Under the pieces are notes generated by a model. It had not been told where the DNA came from and did not search any database. It was given only the letters and a program-made list of their open reading frames with translations. 64,000 nt of DNA from an uncultured Gammaproteobacteria bacterium. GTDB lineage: Bacteria > Patescibacteriota > Patescibacteriia > UBA9934. Of the stretch, positions 33,189 through 43,522 are shown piece after piece. The stretch spans positions 365-64,364 of the forward strand of contig CAZKGL010000002.1 of assembly GCA_964552565.1 (NCBI GenBank), given 5' to 3'. Positions within the stretch are counted from its first letter, which is position 1; each line of letters begins with the position of its first letter. A program made the translations under genes and the position numbers.

Positions 33189-35558
33189 TTACTCCGTGGT
33201 TGGCGTTGCGGGACTTTCCGTTGCCGCTCCATCGTCTTCTTCGATCGGCGGGGGCAGGTGCGCTGCGGCAAGGCCGGCCCTCAGGTTTTCCAAGCGCGTC
33301 GTGACGGTCGTATTGTCCGGGTTCAGCGCCGCGACCGCCTCAAGTTGCGCGATGGCGCCCTCGAGGTCCCCTTCGCCCTCGAGAATCGTCGCCAGGTACC
33401 AGCGGGCATTCGAATAGTTCGGGCTAATCTCGAGCGCGCGTTCGAGTTCCGCCTTTGCAAGGTCGTTCTTTCCCTGTTGCAAGTACAACAGTGCGAGCTG
33501 CATCGCCACGCCGATATCGAGCGGGCTCTGCGCCTTCACCGTTTCCATGCTCGCGATGGCGCTCTTCAACTCGCCCTGCCGTTCGTACACGCTTGCGAGG
33601 TAGTAGCCGGCGGGCAGATAGTCGCCCTTCAGCTCCTTTGCGTGCAGGAGCGCGGCGAGCGCCTTGTCGAGCGCCTCGGTCCGACGCGCGTCCGCGGCCT
33701 CCGCCGTGTCCGCATCGTCGCTCTCCATGGCGACCATCTCCTGGTCGGCTTGGACGAGGTACGCCTGGGCGAGGTCGACGAAATATTTCGGGTTATTCGA
33801 GGCGAGCGCGATCGCCTCCGTGTACGACGCCACCGCAAATGCCGCGGCGTCGGCAACGACCGGGGAGACCTCACGGTAGACGTCGCCCTGAAGCTCCCAG
33901 TTGACGACGTTGCCCGGCGACAGTTCGGTCGCGCGGCGTGATGCGCTGATGCTCGCGCCAATGAGCTGCTGGATGTATGTCGCAGTCGCGGTTTCGTCTT
34001 GCAGGGCGTCCGCGGTCTTCAAGAGGAGCGCGTGGCCGAGGTTGCGGTAGTAGATATCGCTCCAGCGGTTGCGCAGCGCCGCAGCATCGAGCCGCATGAT
34101 GACCTCGTCGATCGACGCGCCGGACCGGTCAAGGCTGATCGCCTGCGCGAACGCGACCTCCGCCGCGTAGCGCGACGACGTAACGAACAGCGACGTCACC
34201 AGGACGACGAAGGCGAGCACGAACGCGAACGCGCCGGCGAGACCGGCACGCGGCGAAAGCGCGAACGGGTACTCCTTCACCTCGCGCAGCGCCTGGCCGA
34301 GCAAGACGGCGGTCAGGAGCCAGAAGACAAACGACAACGTCATGTTCGACGCGTACAAAAACTGGCCCACAAACAAGGCGAGCCATGCGGCAAACGGCGC
34401 GAAGGTCATCTTCCATTCGTCGTGTACCCGCTCGCGGAGAAGGCGGGACAACGCAAGCGCGAGCACCGTACCGAATACCAGGAGATACGCCGCGAGGCCG
34501 ATGATGCCCTCCGTGGCCAAGATCGTCAGGACGTGCGACGCCGCCCGGTCGAACCGGACATCCCACAGCGTCGACGCGTTGACGCCAGCGTCATGGAATT
34601 TCGCATAATCGAACACGAATGTCCCCGGACCGCTGCCAAAAAACAGGTGGCTGTCACCAAGCGTCTGAGTCACGATCGCCCATGATGCTCGCTGGGTCGG
34701 CGCGGCCTCGGACAAAAACGGGTTGCTGATGACCGAGGGAATAAACAGGAACACCAGGGCGAAGACGAACAGGAGCATGGGCGGGACGAACCGGCCGATG
34801 GCCGGGAACTCCTGCGCGCGCACAAGCGCAAAGGCGAACAGCGTCCCCATGCCGACCAATGCAAGCGCCCAGGGCACCCAGTAGTCAATCGCGAGGAGCG
34901 TGAGCGTCGCGGCGAGCCCGGTGACGAAAATGGCGGCGCGGACCGCGACGCCCCATGGCCCGTGCGGCAGGACGTCGCGCTCCCCCGTCCCCCGTGCGGT
35001 CAGCCAAAGGCCGAACCCGAGCGTCGCCATAGAGACGAGGTACACCGCAAGCGCGTTTGGCGTCCCCACGGTGTTCGCGATGCCAAACAATGCGCGTCCG
35101 AAAAAGTTCGGCAATACGGAAAGGCCAACAAGGCCGGAGGTGAGTAAGGACCACGACCAGAGCGCGCGCTGGGTCGAGGTGTCGGCGAGGTACTGCGCCC
35201 CGAGGACGGCGAAGAGCGCGAAGGCGGCGGTCGTCAGGAAACTCGCGTACTCCTGGCCGGCTTCGCCGACCAAACTCAGGTACGGGCTGCCCGACAAAAG
35301 CGCGGAAACAAGGACCGCACCGGCAAGGGCGGCGATGAGCATGTACATCCCCCCGCCGTGACGGAACACGAACCGCTTTTCCGCGAGCGCGGACGACAAC
35401 GCGCAGATCGTCGCGATAACGACGAGGACGACCGTGACCGTCTGCTTATTCACTTCGAGCGCCTCGCTCGTCCACGGGCACCACACGAGCGGCACGGCTA
35501 CTGCACAAACAAGCAACGCTCCGCGCGTAATGGCGGCAAGGGTACGGCCAAGGGTCAT
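33189..35558 (-). CDS. O-antigen ligase/polymerase-like polytopic membrane protein with C-terminal TPR repeats
   Basis: About 12 TM helices in Wzy_C-like arrangement, then TPR-like repeats (ISLDRSGASIDEVI..., LALLYLQQGKNDLAKAELERALEISPNYSNARWYLATIL). Last gene of the surface-protein operon. Confidence 0.65.
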   Translation of the reverse strand: MTLGRTLAAITRGALLVCAVAVPLVWCPWTSEALEVNKQTVTVVLVVIATICALSSALAEKRFVFRHGGGMYMLIAALAGAVLVSALLSGSPYLSLVGEAGQEYASFLTTAAFALFAVLGAQYLADTSTQRALWSWSLLTSGLVGLSVLPNFFGRALFGIANTVGTPNALAVYLVSMATLGFGLWLTARGTGERDVLPHGPWGVAVRAAIFVTGLAATLTLLAIDYWVPWALALVGMGTLFAFALVRAQEFPAIGRFVPPMLLFVFALVFLFIPSVISNPFLSEAAPTQRASWAIVTQTLGDSHLFFGSGPGTFVFDYAKFHDAGVNASTLWDVRFDRAASHVLTILATEGIIGLAAYLLVFGTVLALALSRLLRERVHDEWKMTFAPFAAWLALFVGQFLYASNMTLSFVFWLLTAVLLGQALREVKEYPFALSPRAGLAGAFAFVLAFVVLVTSLFVTSSRYAAEVAFAQAISLDRSGASIDEVIMRLDAAALRNRWSDIYYRNLGHALLLKTADALQDETATATYIQQLIGASISASRRATELSPGNVVNWELQGDVYREVSPVVADAAAFAVASYTEAIALASNNPKYFVDLAQAYLVQADQEMVAMESDDADTAEAADARRTEALDKALAALLHAKELKGDYLPAGYYLASVYERQGELKSAIASMETVKAQSPLDIGVAMQLALLYLQQGKNDLAKAELERALEISPNYSNARWYLATILEGEGDLEGAIAQLEAVAALNPDNTTVTTRLENLRAGLAAAHLPPPIEEDDGAATESPATPTTE

Positions 35559-35567
35559 AGGCGACTA

Positions 35568-38500
35568 TTATAACGCAGCGTCCAGCGCGGGAGCCGACGG
35601 CTCTGTGGGGACCGGTGCTTCGACCGCGGCGTCCTCTGCAGGCTGCTCCTCGGCGACGGCCGGCGCAACAACGGGCTCTTCCGCAACAACCGGCTCGACG
35701 ATTTCCGCTTCTGCCGCCGCAGCTTCTTCACTCGCCGTCTCCCCTTCTGCAGAGACCTCCTCAATCGGCGCATCGGCAGCAGGGGTCTCCGCAACAGGTT
35801 CCTCGTCTCCGATCGGTTCGACCTCCACCGGCTCGGCAACCGCCTGTTCCGGCGTCAATTCTTCTGCTTCCGGAATGACGTCCGTCGGCAACGCCTCCTC
35901 CGGCGCAAGGACATCCTCGACGAGCTGCTCGGGCGCGAAGTCTTTGTGGTACGCAATGACGAGCCAGTCGACCGAAACACCGGTCGAGGACCCGGCTTCG
36001 CGGATGACAAAGCCGTCGATCGAGCGTTCCGCGACGTACAGCTGGCTCGTGGCGCCATACGGCGTCACGATGACGCGGTACGGCACGGTGTTGGCGATGA
36101 TGTTGCTGAACTCCGGGTCGACGTCGTCGAACTCGACATGCGCGCTGCCGCCGCGGAGCGTCGTCGTTCCCGAAAGCTGGATCGTCGTCTCACGGCCAAG
36201 CGCCGCGACGGTCGAAATCTCTTTCCCGTCGTAGCCGCGGACAAGGCTCGTCACGCGGCTGCGGGTCACGAAGTCGCCGCTCTCCGACAGGCTCCAGTTG
36301 CCGCCGATACCCGAGAGCGACGCGACCGACAGGATGCTGCCGCCGTTCATGTTCATCGATCCGGAAATATTCAGGTCGGTGACCGACGCAAGCTGGGAGG
36401 CGGTGTTCTCTGCGGCAGGCGCCTCCTCGACCGGACCACCGTCATAATACGAAGGGCGGATAAACGCGATAATCGCGCCGGTCGTGCCGCTCCACGCCTC
36501 CATGGCATAGCCGATGATCGGCCCGGCCTCGGTCGCTTTCATCGCGTAGCCCGCCTTGGTCGACGTGGTCAGTGGATCGCCGATCGCAATGGCGCCGTTT
36601 TCTCCGGAGACGTACGTCGGCACGCGACCGGCAAGGGCCACCGGGACGTGGCCAGGGAGGTTTTCACCGGCGAGGAAGCCCGGGCGCGTTGAAATAACGC
36701 CGGCAATACGGTCGTCGTACGCGATGCCGGTCGAGCGCTGTACCTCTTCGTCGTTTGCGGCAAACACCACGACTTCGCCAGCGGCGAGCGTTTGCTGCGA
36801 GGGGAACATTTCCGCGAAGTCATAGGAGCCCGTTCCCCATCCCGAGGCGTTCGTGCGCATGAAGTCCCCACCAGCCCCGGCCGAACCGTCGTAGGAGATG
36901 TATTTTGATGTTTGCAGCGTGCCCCGGTCGGACGGGTACAGCTTGCCCGCGATGGCGAGGTCGCCACCTTCGCCGATATACGCCACCTCCGCGCCGTTAT
37001 CGTTGACAACGGACAAGCGGTAGGCGTCGTCCCCGTTCGTCACCGACGTGCGGAGCGTCATGTCCTTCGCGACCGCCGTCCCGCCGCTCCAGCCCGAGCC
37101 CCGCAGCGCAATGCCCTGCGAGGCGTAGCTTGCCGATGCGGTCGCGGTGGCGAGCGGCGCAAGCACGAGATCGTCGCCTGATACGATGGCGCTGCCGTCG
37201 CTTGTGAGGACATCGCCGCCGTACCACTGCGGCTGCACAAGGACGCGAATGACGCCCGTGCCGCTTGCAAGCGGTTCGAGCGCAAAGCCGACGATGCGCG
37301 CCGGGCCATGCGACTTCGCGCCGTACCCCGTCGTCACTGACGAGTTGGTGATGGGGTCGCCGATGGCGATCGCCCCTTCGCCCGCGTTCACGAGCGTGTC
37401 AATCTGGCCGACCATACCGATTTTCCGGTAGTTCGGGTCGTTGCTCATGTCCTCGCTCGCGCCGCGGAAGTTGTTTCCGACGAACGCCGCATTCGTCGAC
37501 ACGACACCCATGACGTACGCGTCGCTCCCTGGGTCGCACCGGCGCACCGATTCGGCGACCGCGGGGTCCTGGCAGACGACATGATAATCGCCAAGCGACG
37601 CATCGCTCGTCTTGAAGAATTCGGCGTAGTCGGCACCGGCCGTGTACGCCGCGCCATCGCCAAACACATCGCCGTCGCTCTCGACGCGGAACTCCGTATC
37701 TGGCGTGCCGTCCGCGTCCGAACGGGCGATGATCATATTTTCACTTCCCGAACCCTCCATGACATCAATGACGAGCGCGTTGTTGCCGATGGAATTTGCA
37801 ACGTGCGCGCTCAGCGTGCTTTGGGCGATGTACAGGCCAACCGAATTACCGCCACCCAGGTTGTCGATGACAAGGGCGTCGGCATCGACGCCGGCGCCGG
37901 TATCGTTCTGCGTGACGCGGAACAGCGATCCGTCGAAATCCGCCCCACTGTCCGCGCGCGAGATTTGGAAGCCGATGCCACTGGTCAACGAGTCCAATAC
38001 CATCGATGCAGCGGTAGTAGTCGTCACGGCGCTGGTAAAACCGAACGTATCCGTGCCGCTCGTGTCGCCGAACGTGACCGAACCGTCGGTTTCCAGGGCA
38101 TCGGTGATGAACAGGTCCCCCGCGCCGGTCGCAAGCCCTGGGACGTCCGGCGTACCGTCCGCGTCAATCTGCACACGCGACCCGGAAAAATAGCCGGCGA
38201 AATTCTGACCGGCGCCGCCCGACGCCTCAGCCCAGACGCCGTAACGGTTCGTCCCCGCGACCGTATTGCCAAAACGGCCGGCATACGAGCTCGTCAGCGT
38301 TCCCGCGCCCGTAGTGACTTGTCCGAAAACGCCAACCGCCGTCGAAACCGTACCCGCCGACGCGCTGACCGTGCCGTTCACGCCGTACAGTGACGCGACG
38401 GTCGCGGCGGCTCCGTGCAGCGCGACGCCTTCAAGCGAGGCGAGATATCCCGACCCCTGCACCAAACTTGCGTTTGTCGAGTTATTCGTCAAATAGAAAC

Positions 38501-40070
38501 GGCCGGCGTAGGCGTTCGTCACGGTCGCCGTGGACCCGTTGAGCACCAAGTTACTCAAGATGCCGCCGGTCACGTGGTCGGTGCTGGTCGTATTTTCAAT
38601 CGCCGAGTAGGTGTTGCTGACGCCCAGCGAATAAAACTCGATTGTGTTGAGGTTGGGACTGCTCGTGCCGGTAAACGTAGAGTCGAGGTTAAACTCTTCG
38701 TTCAATCCGAGCGCCACGCTCGGCAGCTGCCCGTTGCCGGTGAACGTGAAGTTCCCGCCGGTCATGCTGAAACGGTCGTCGTCCGTAAAACTGAACGTAC
38801 CCGAGTCCGCCGCGTCCGAGGCGTACATGACGATGCTCGGGTCGTTGGTATCGCTCGCGCCATCACCGATGCGGACGGTGTTCGTGCCGTCGTCCACGGA
38901 AAATGGCGCGATCAGCGCGTTTGCGCCGACCGCGAAATCATCCCCCGCCGTGACATACACGAGCCCACTCCCGTTCGGGTTGATGCTGATATCGCCGCCA
39001 GACGACGAAAGAATCATGGAGGAAGTCGAGGTAATTTGCCCGCCATTGACCGCGAGGTTGTTCGCGGTGGTAATGAGGCCGTTCGCCGCGATCTGCCAGT
39101 CGTCACCGCCAATGACCGTCGTCGTCGTCGAGGCGTTCACGTTGCCGATGGTGATGATGTCCGCGCTCGTGTTGTGTGTCGCAATATTCACCGTCGTGGT
39201 GCCATCCGACGTCACGCCGCCGATGTCGATCGTGCTCGTCGTCGCCGCGTCGGCAATATTGAGCGCCGTTGCCGCGGACGCCATGTTCACCGTCGTGGCG
39301 TTTGCGGTGATGAAATTAAACGTCGACGCAGTCGTCGTGAAGTCGCCGCCGTTGACGCTCATGTCTCCGAGGTGCACCGCGTCTCCCTCGCCATCAACCA
39401 AAAATCGCAACGCCCCCCCGACGGCAATGCCGAACAACGTCTCATCGGCCGCGACAACGCCCGCTCCAGGGTTGATCAATACCGAACCGCCCGAAACGTC
39501 CGAGCTCTGCGGGCTTCCGGTCACTACCAAGTTCCCAAACGGATCGAAAACAGGGACGAGCGCCGACGTACCGCCGACCTGCGTGGTAGTAAACCCGTCA
39601 ACCGTATCCGCGTTCATGGCGTACGGCGCCGCGACGATCTGCTTGCGCGGAGTCAGCGTCTCGCCGGCGATGATGACCTCGAGGTAGACCGTTGCGTTAT
39701 CGGCAAACACGCTGTCGTTGATTGCGGCGTACGGCGTCGCAGCGCCGGTGTCGCCGAGGTTTTCGCTGAAAAGGCCGTCTGTGAGCGTCACCGTGCGCGC
39801 GACGACCGACGCGCAAGTCGCCGAGTTGTTGGACCACAGGCACGTGCCGCCCGATGACGCGGTATACAGCGCAAAGGAGATACTCGCGGTCGCGTCCGAG
39901 ACCGGGACGCCGTTCGCGTTCAGCACGCGGCCCTGGTACGAAAGAATGTTCGGTGCGGAAACGGCCGATACGCCCGAAACCGCGAGCAGTGTCGCGCCCA
40001 AAAACACCAAACACGCCAGGAGCATACTGGCGATGCGTCGGCGCATGGTAGTCGCAGCGGTCACGGTCAT
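35568..40070 (-). CDS. giant repetitive secreted surface protein (1500 aa; adhesin/fibre-like; Gly/Thr/Ala/Asn-rich beta repeats, internally duplicated C-terminal domain, acidic tail)
   Basis: Signal peptide (MRRRIASMLLACLVFLGATLLAVSGVSA). Two copies of an approx. 130-aa domain (..DYAEFF..VVSTNAAF.. / ..DFAEMF..VISTRPGF..). Acidic (E/P/A/V) C-terminal tail. ATGA start/stop overlap with the upstream gene. Confidence 0.8.
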   Translation of the reverse strand: MTVTAATTMRRRIASMLLACLVFLGATLLAVSGVSAVSAPNILSYQGRVLNANGVPVSDATASISFALYTASSGGTCLWSNNSATCASVVARTVTLTDGLFSENLGDTGAATPYAAINDSVFADNATVYLEVIIAGETLTPRKQIVAAPYAMNADTVDGFTTTQVGGTSALVPVFDPFGNLVVTGSPQSSDVSGGSVLINPGAGVVAADETLFGIAVGGALRFLVDGEGDAVHLGDMSVNGGDFTTTASTFNFITANATTVNMASAATALNIADAATTSTIDIGGVTSDGTTTVNIATHNTSADIITIGNVNASTTTTVIGGDDWQIAANGLITTANNLAVNGGQITSTSSMILSSSGGDISINPNGSGLVYVTAGDDFAVGANALIAPFSVDDGTNTVRIGDGASDTNDPSIVMYASDAADSGTFSFTDDDRFSMTGGNFTFTGNGQLPSVALGLNEEFNLDSTFTGTSSPNLNTIEFYSLGVSNTYSAIENTTSTDHVTGGILSNLVLNGSTATVTNAYAGRFYLTNNSTNASLVQGSGYLASLEGVALHGAAATVASLYGVNGTVSASAGTVSTAVGVFGQVTTGAGTLTSSYAGRFGNTVAGTNRYGVWAEASGGAGQNFAGYFSGSRVQIDADGTPDVPGLATGAGDLFITDALETDGSVTFGDTSGTDTFGFTSAVTTTTAASMVLDSLTSGIGFQISRADSGADFDGSLFRVTQNDTGAGVDADALVIDNLGGGNSVGLYIAQSTLSAHVANSIGNNALVIDVMEGSGSENMIIARSDADGTPDTEFRVESDGDVFGDGAAYTAGADYAEFFKTSDASLGDYHVVCQDPAVAESVRRCDPGSDAYVMGVVSTNAAFVGNNFRGASEDMSNDPNYRKIGMVGQIDTLVNAGEGAIAIGDPITNSSVTTGYGAKSHGPARIVGFALEPLASGTGVIRVLVQPQWYGGDVLTSDGSAIVSGDDLVLAPLATATASASYASQGIALRGSGWSGGTAVAKDMTLRTSVTNGDDAYRLSVVNDNGAEVAYIGEGGDLAIAGKLYPSDRGTLQTSKYISYDGSAGAGGDFMRTNASGWGTGSYDFAEMFPSQQTLAAGEVVVFAANDEEVQRSTGIAYDDRIAGVISTRPGFLAGENLPGHVPVALAGRVPTYVSGENGAIAIGDPLTTSTKAGYAMKATEAGPIIGYAMEAWSGTTGAIIAFIRPSYYDGGPVEEAPAAENTASQLASVTDLNISGSMNMNGGSILSVASLSGIGGNWSLSESGDFVTRSRVTSLVRGYDGKEISTVAALGRETTIQLSGTTTLRGGSAHVEFDDVDPEFSNIIANTVPYRVIVTPYGATSQLYVAERSIDGFVIREAGSSTGVSVDWLVIAYHKDFAPEQLVEDVLAPEEALPTDVIPEAEELTPEQAVAEPVEVEPIGDEEPVAETPAADAPIEEVSAEGETASEEAAAAEAEIVEPVVAEEPVVAPAVAEEQPAEDAAVEAPVPTEPSAPALDAAL

Positions 40071-42634
40071 ACGTCCCCCTTTGCTTCCTCAATCGGGACG
40101 TCGAGCGCAAGCGCGGTCGGCTCCTGCTTTCCGCGGTAGTCGATCGGCTTCACCATTTTCTCGGTGTACCCGGGCTTGCTGTACGTCACGTAGTACTCGC
40201 TTGGCCCGACAAGGAATGCATAACGTCCGAAACGGTCCGTCAGGACGGTTTCGACGAGCTTATTATACGTCGGTTCGAACAACCTGACGACCGCGTTGCC
40301 CACAGGTTCGCGCGAGTCCTTGTCGTACACGATGCCCCACCCCTTCGGCTTGCGTCCCTTGGCAAGACGGCGCACGAGAAGGTACACGCCAACTTGCACC
40401 GCACACATGATACCGGCAAACCACGACGGCGTAATGATGAATACCCCGGCGGCAAGCATGATGCCGACAATGGCAACGACCTGCTGGAAGGCGCGGAGGA
40501 AACGTTTCAGCGCGACATCGCGCGGCGTGACAACCGCGGCGTCGTTTGCCGGATCAAGCGGGATGTTCGCCGCGATGACTGCATCCTTCTCCGTGACAAC
40601 AATCTCCTGGCCGGTGTAGACGTCGAGATAGACGCCATCGTCCTTCCGGTCTTTCAAGATCGCGCTTGGGAAGGCGAATCCCGGCTTCGTCACCTCGATC
40701 GCATAGGTGCCGGGCGCGACGGAAAGGAGGTATTTCCCCTTTTGGTCAGTGACGACGCTGCGGACCAGCCGATGCTCCGGCATGGCGAAAAGGCGGATAA
40801 TCGCGAGGTCGACCGGCAACTTCGTCGCGGCGTTATACACGGTACCGAACGCCTTGCGCTTCCGGCGCGCGAAAAACAAGATCGGCGAGGTAAACAAGTA
40901 CTGGAGGAATGGGAGGAGGTTGAACGACGAGGCAAGCACCGCGACCGAGGTACCGGCGAGCACAACCGTGGTCGGCGCGGCGATGTCTGCCGCAACCTGG
41001 ACCTCCGGAATTTCGCGGATCGCTTCGACCGCCTCCGCCACGCTCGCCACTGCGGCGACGGCGATCGCGACCGGTGTGGACGACGTTGCAACGGGCGTCA
41101 CGTCTTCTGGCACGACGTCATCTTCGGCAAGACGCATCAGCTCAATCGATGGCGCGAGGATGTGGTCGCGCACCGCGATCTGTCCGCTAGTGCCATCCTC
41201 ATACCCCGACTTCCCCGCCGACACGATGTACGTGCCGTTCGGGACATACCACGCAAACGCACCGCTGTCGCCGAGCGTCACGGGGTTGCTTGCCCCGTAC
41301 AGCGACGCGTCCCATGCCACGCGCGCGCCGCCACGGATCTCGTACACCGTGACGACCGCGCCGCCGACCGGCGTACGCTCGCCATCAACCACCTCATACA
41401 CGCTGCCGCTCCCGCGGACGTCGATAAAATACGTCTCCCGTTCTACCGTACCGTCCGCGTGCTCTACCTCGACCGTCAGCGCCGAGTCGGTCGCCGGGAC
41501 CGTCACCTCCGTGGCGTACGTGCCGTTGTCCGGCGTCAAGACGTACTCCTCGCCTTCAAAAAGCACGCGTACCTCTTCGGCGTCCCCGTCAACGTCGATG
41601 ATGACGGTCGTTTCTGTGCCGGCGATTGCGTCAAACGTATCGCCGTCCGGGTTGAGCGTGAGGCCACCGTCAACCACGATGACGGTATCGACATCGATCG
41701 TGTCCGATGACGACCCTGTGTCGTCCGCTTCGTCATCGCCGGCATCATCCCCCGAATCCGATGCGCCCGTATCCGAACCGCTGTCCGATGACGTACCGCC
41801 GTCGCCGCTTCCGCTCGACGACGTGCCCGAATCACCGCTCGACGTCTCACCACCCGAAGATTCCCCGCCAGTCGTCGTATCGGGCGACGAGGGCTCGGGC
41901 GTGGGCTCCGGCTCGGGCTCCGGCGTCGGCTCCGGCTCGGGCTCTGGCTCGGGTTCGGGTTCTGGCTCAGGTTCTGGCTCAGGCTCGGGCGTGGGCTCCG
42001 GCGTCGGCTCCGGTGAGGGAGTCGAAGAAGAGGAAGACGACGATGCTCCGCCGCTCGCAGACGGCAACACGGTTCCGGAAACTCCCTGCGCGTCTTTCGA
42101 CACGATCGGTACCGGCACATAGCCTGTGTCACCGAACGTGCCACCGATCGTAATGAAATGCATGCCCGCGACCGAGGGATTCGTGATGCGGTCTGTCCCG
42201 GTTCCGGACGCCGACGCGTTGGTGCCGATCTCGACCGTGACCACGCTGCCCGCGGCGATCGCACCGCCGTCGCCCGCGCAGATCGTCATCGTGAGGACGT
42301 CGGCAGCCATCGCCACCGATGCCTGTTCCGTTGCCGCGCAGTCGGCTGCGGTCGTGAGGTCGACGCCATCATCATCGATGTCCACGTCGTCTTCAGTGAT
42401 CAACGAAGTGTCGAACGATGGCGCAAAGGCGAACGTCACCGTTTCGCCCTCGTCGACCGCGCTCGCCACAGTCATGACGAGCTTATGGTTGGAGGCTTCG
42501 GAAACAACGAGCGACGACGGCTGGTCGTACGCATCGGTGACGGTGGCGGCAACGGCGGCAGATGCAAAAAGCAGGCACACTCCTCCGAGCGCGCCGACAA
42601 GCGAGCGCAACACTGCAACCCACCGGTTGCTCAT
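40067..42634 (-). CDS. surface protein with (EP/TPEP)n proline-glutamate linker, Ser/Gly/Asp-rich acidic region, carboxypeptidase-regulatory-like beta-sandwich repeats and TM segments
   Basis: Signal peptide MSNRWVAVLRSLVGALGGVCLLFASAAVA. PEPTPEPTPEPEPEPEPEPEPEPEPEPEPTPEPEPEPTPEP run. Three CarboxypepD_reg-like motifs (VVDGERTPVGGAVVTVYEI; VVTDQKGKYLLSVAPGTYAIEV; VLTDRFGRYAFLVGPSEYYVTYSKPGY). Start at internal ATG 42634. Confidence 0.75.
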   Translation of the reverse strand: MSNRWVAVLRSLVGALGGVCLLFASAAVAATVTDAYDQPSSLVVSEASNHKLVMTVASAVDEGETVTFAFAPSFDTSLITEDDVDIDDDGVDLTTAADCAATEQASVAMAADVLTMTICAGDGGAIAAGSVVTVEIGTNASASGTGTDRITNPSVAGMHFITIGGTFGDTGYVPVPIVSKDAQGVSGTVLPSASGGASSSSSSSTPSPEPTPEPTPEPEPEPEPEPEPEPEPEPEPTPEPEPEPTPEPSSPDTTTGGESSGGETSSGDSGTSSSGSGDGGTSSDSGSDTGASDSGDDAGDDEADDTGSSSDTIDVDTVIVVDGGLTLNPDGDTFDAIAGTETTVIIDVDGDAEEVRVLFEGEEYVLTPDNGTYATEVTVPATDSALTVEVEHADGTVERETYFIDVRGSGSVYEVVDGERTPVGGAVVTVYEIRGGARVAWDASLYGASNPVTLGDSGAFAWYVPNGTYIVSAGKSGYEDGTSGQIAVRDHILAPSIELMRLAEDDVVPEDVTPVATSSTPVAIAVAAVASVAEAVEAIREIPEVQVAADIAAPTTVVLAGTSVAVLASSFNLLPFLQYLFTSPILFFARRKRKAFGTVYNAATKLPVDLAIIRLFAMPEHRLVRSVVTDQKGKYLLSVAPGTYAIEVTKPGFAFPSAILKDRKDDGVYLDVYTGQEIVVTEKDAVIAANIPLDPANDAAVVTPRDVALKRFLRAFQQVVAIVGIMLAAGVFIITPSWFAGIMCAVQVGVYLLVRRLAKGRKPKGWGIVYDKDSREPVGNAVVRLFEPTYNKLVETVLTDRFGRYAFLVGPSEYYVTYSKPGYTEKMVKPIDYRGKQEPTALALDVPIEEAKGDV
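41890..42015. repeat. hexanucleotide microsatellite (GGCTCN)n, about 20 units, encoding the (EP)n linker on the minus strand
   Basis: ggctcgggcgtgggctccggctcgggctccggcgtcggctccggctcgggctctggctcgggttcgggttctggctcaggttctggctcaggctcgggcgtgggctcc... Confidence 0.8.
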
Positions 42635-42642
42635 ACGTGAAA

Positions 42643-43521
42643 TTACCTCCTCGCGCGCACAAAGACGTAGGCGCCCGCAGCGATGCCGCCGACAAGGAAG
42701 ACGCGCCACGGGAAGACCACGACGCGCGTGGTCTCGGTGAACGCCGCCTCTCCGCCGGGGTACGGTGCCGCCAACAACTCTGCCGTGAACACGCCGACAC
42801 GGAAGTCGACGATCTCACGCCAAAGTTTTTGGAACACGTTTCGCTCCCCCTCCGCATCGCCCCACGACACAGTATAAGCGCGTTCATGGCCTGCGGGAAT
42901 GCGCCGGAGCGCGGGATTGATGTCGTATGTCGCGACCTCCCCGCCGAACGTGTTGCGGATCGTCACCGTCCCGTACGGTTGCAGGACGCGCTCGCCGTCG
43001 TTGACGATGGTGACGGTGACATCAACCGGCAGGCCGGATGTCAGGCCTGGTGTCGCGTCCATCGACCGCACGCCGCCGGACCATTCCGGCGATCCGACCG
43101 TCATAAAGACGAGGCTGCTGACCCCCGCGGTGATTGTCACCCCCTCCCCGTCCTCAAGCTCGCGAACGACGAGCCCAACGACGAGCGAGTCCGCCGACGT
43201 GCCTTCTGGCGGCGCGACCGTCAACGCAATATCCTTTTCCCCGCCCGCGGCGACAGAAAAATTATAGGCATCGAGCGCCATCCACGCGGCGACGTCTTGA
43301 TGCAGCGGGCCAAACGACGGCTCTCCGGTTTCGGCATCGAGCGTCACGGCATACAGGCTCGCCGCATAGTCATGTGCAACCTCGTCGGTATTGGTCAGGG
43401 TGAATGTCGATGCGAGCCCTTCACCCGGCATGACGGAAAAATCCGAGACCATCGGCGCAAATGTCATCGCCGACGCGGCATGCGGCATGAGCAACGCGAG
43501 CATGAAGACGAGCATCCGCAT
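42643..43521 (-). CDS. hypothetical secreted protein with C-terminal TM anchor (292 aa)
   Basis: Signal peptide MRMLVFMLALLMPHAASA; C-terminal hydrophobic helix plus basic tail (VFLVGGIAAGAYVFVRARR). Part of the surface-protein operon. Confidence 0.55.
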   Translation of the reverse strand: MRMLVFMLALLMPHAASAMTFAPMVSDFSVMPGEGLASTFTLTNTDEVAHDYAASLYAVTLDAETGEPSFGPLHQDVAAWMALDAYNFSVAAGGEKDIALTVAPPEGTSADSLVVGLVVRELEDGEGVTITAGVSSLVFMTVGSPEWSGGVRSMDATPGLTSGLPVDVTVTIVNDGERVLQPYGTVTIRNTFGGEVATYDINPALRRIPAGHERAYTVSWGDAEGERNVFQKLWREIVDFRVGVFTAELLAAPYPGGEAAFTETTRVVVFPWRVFLVGGIAAGAYVFVRARR

Positions 43522-43522
43522 A

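Noticed and set aside
38415-39857. Plus-strand ORFs inside the 1500-aa surface-protein gene (and 40394..42122 inside the EP-repeat gene)
   Set aside because: These are antisense to genes with signal peptides and coherent repeat architecture; the translations are Arg-rich.
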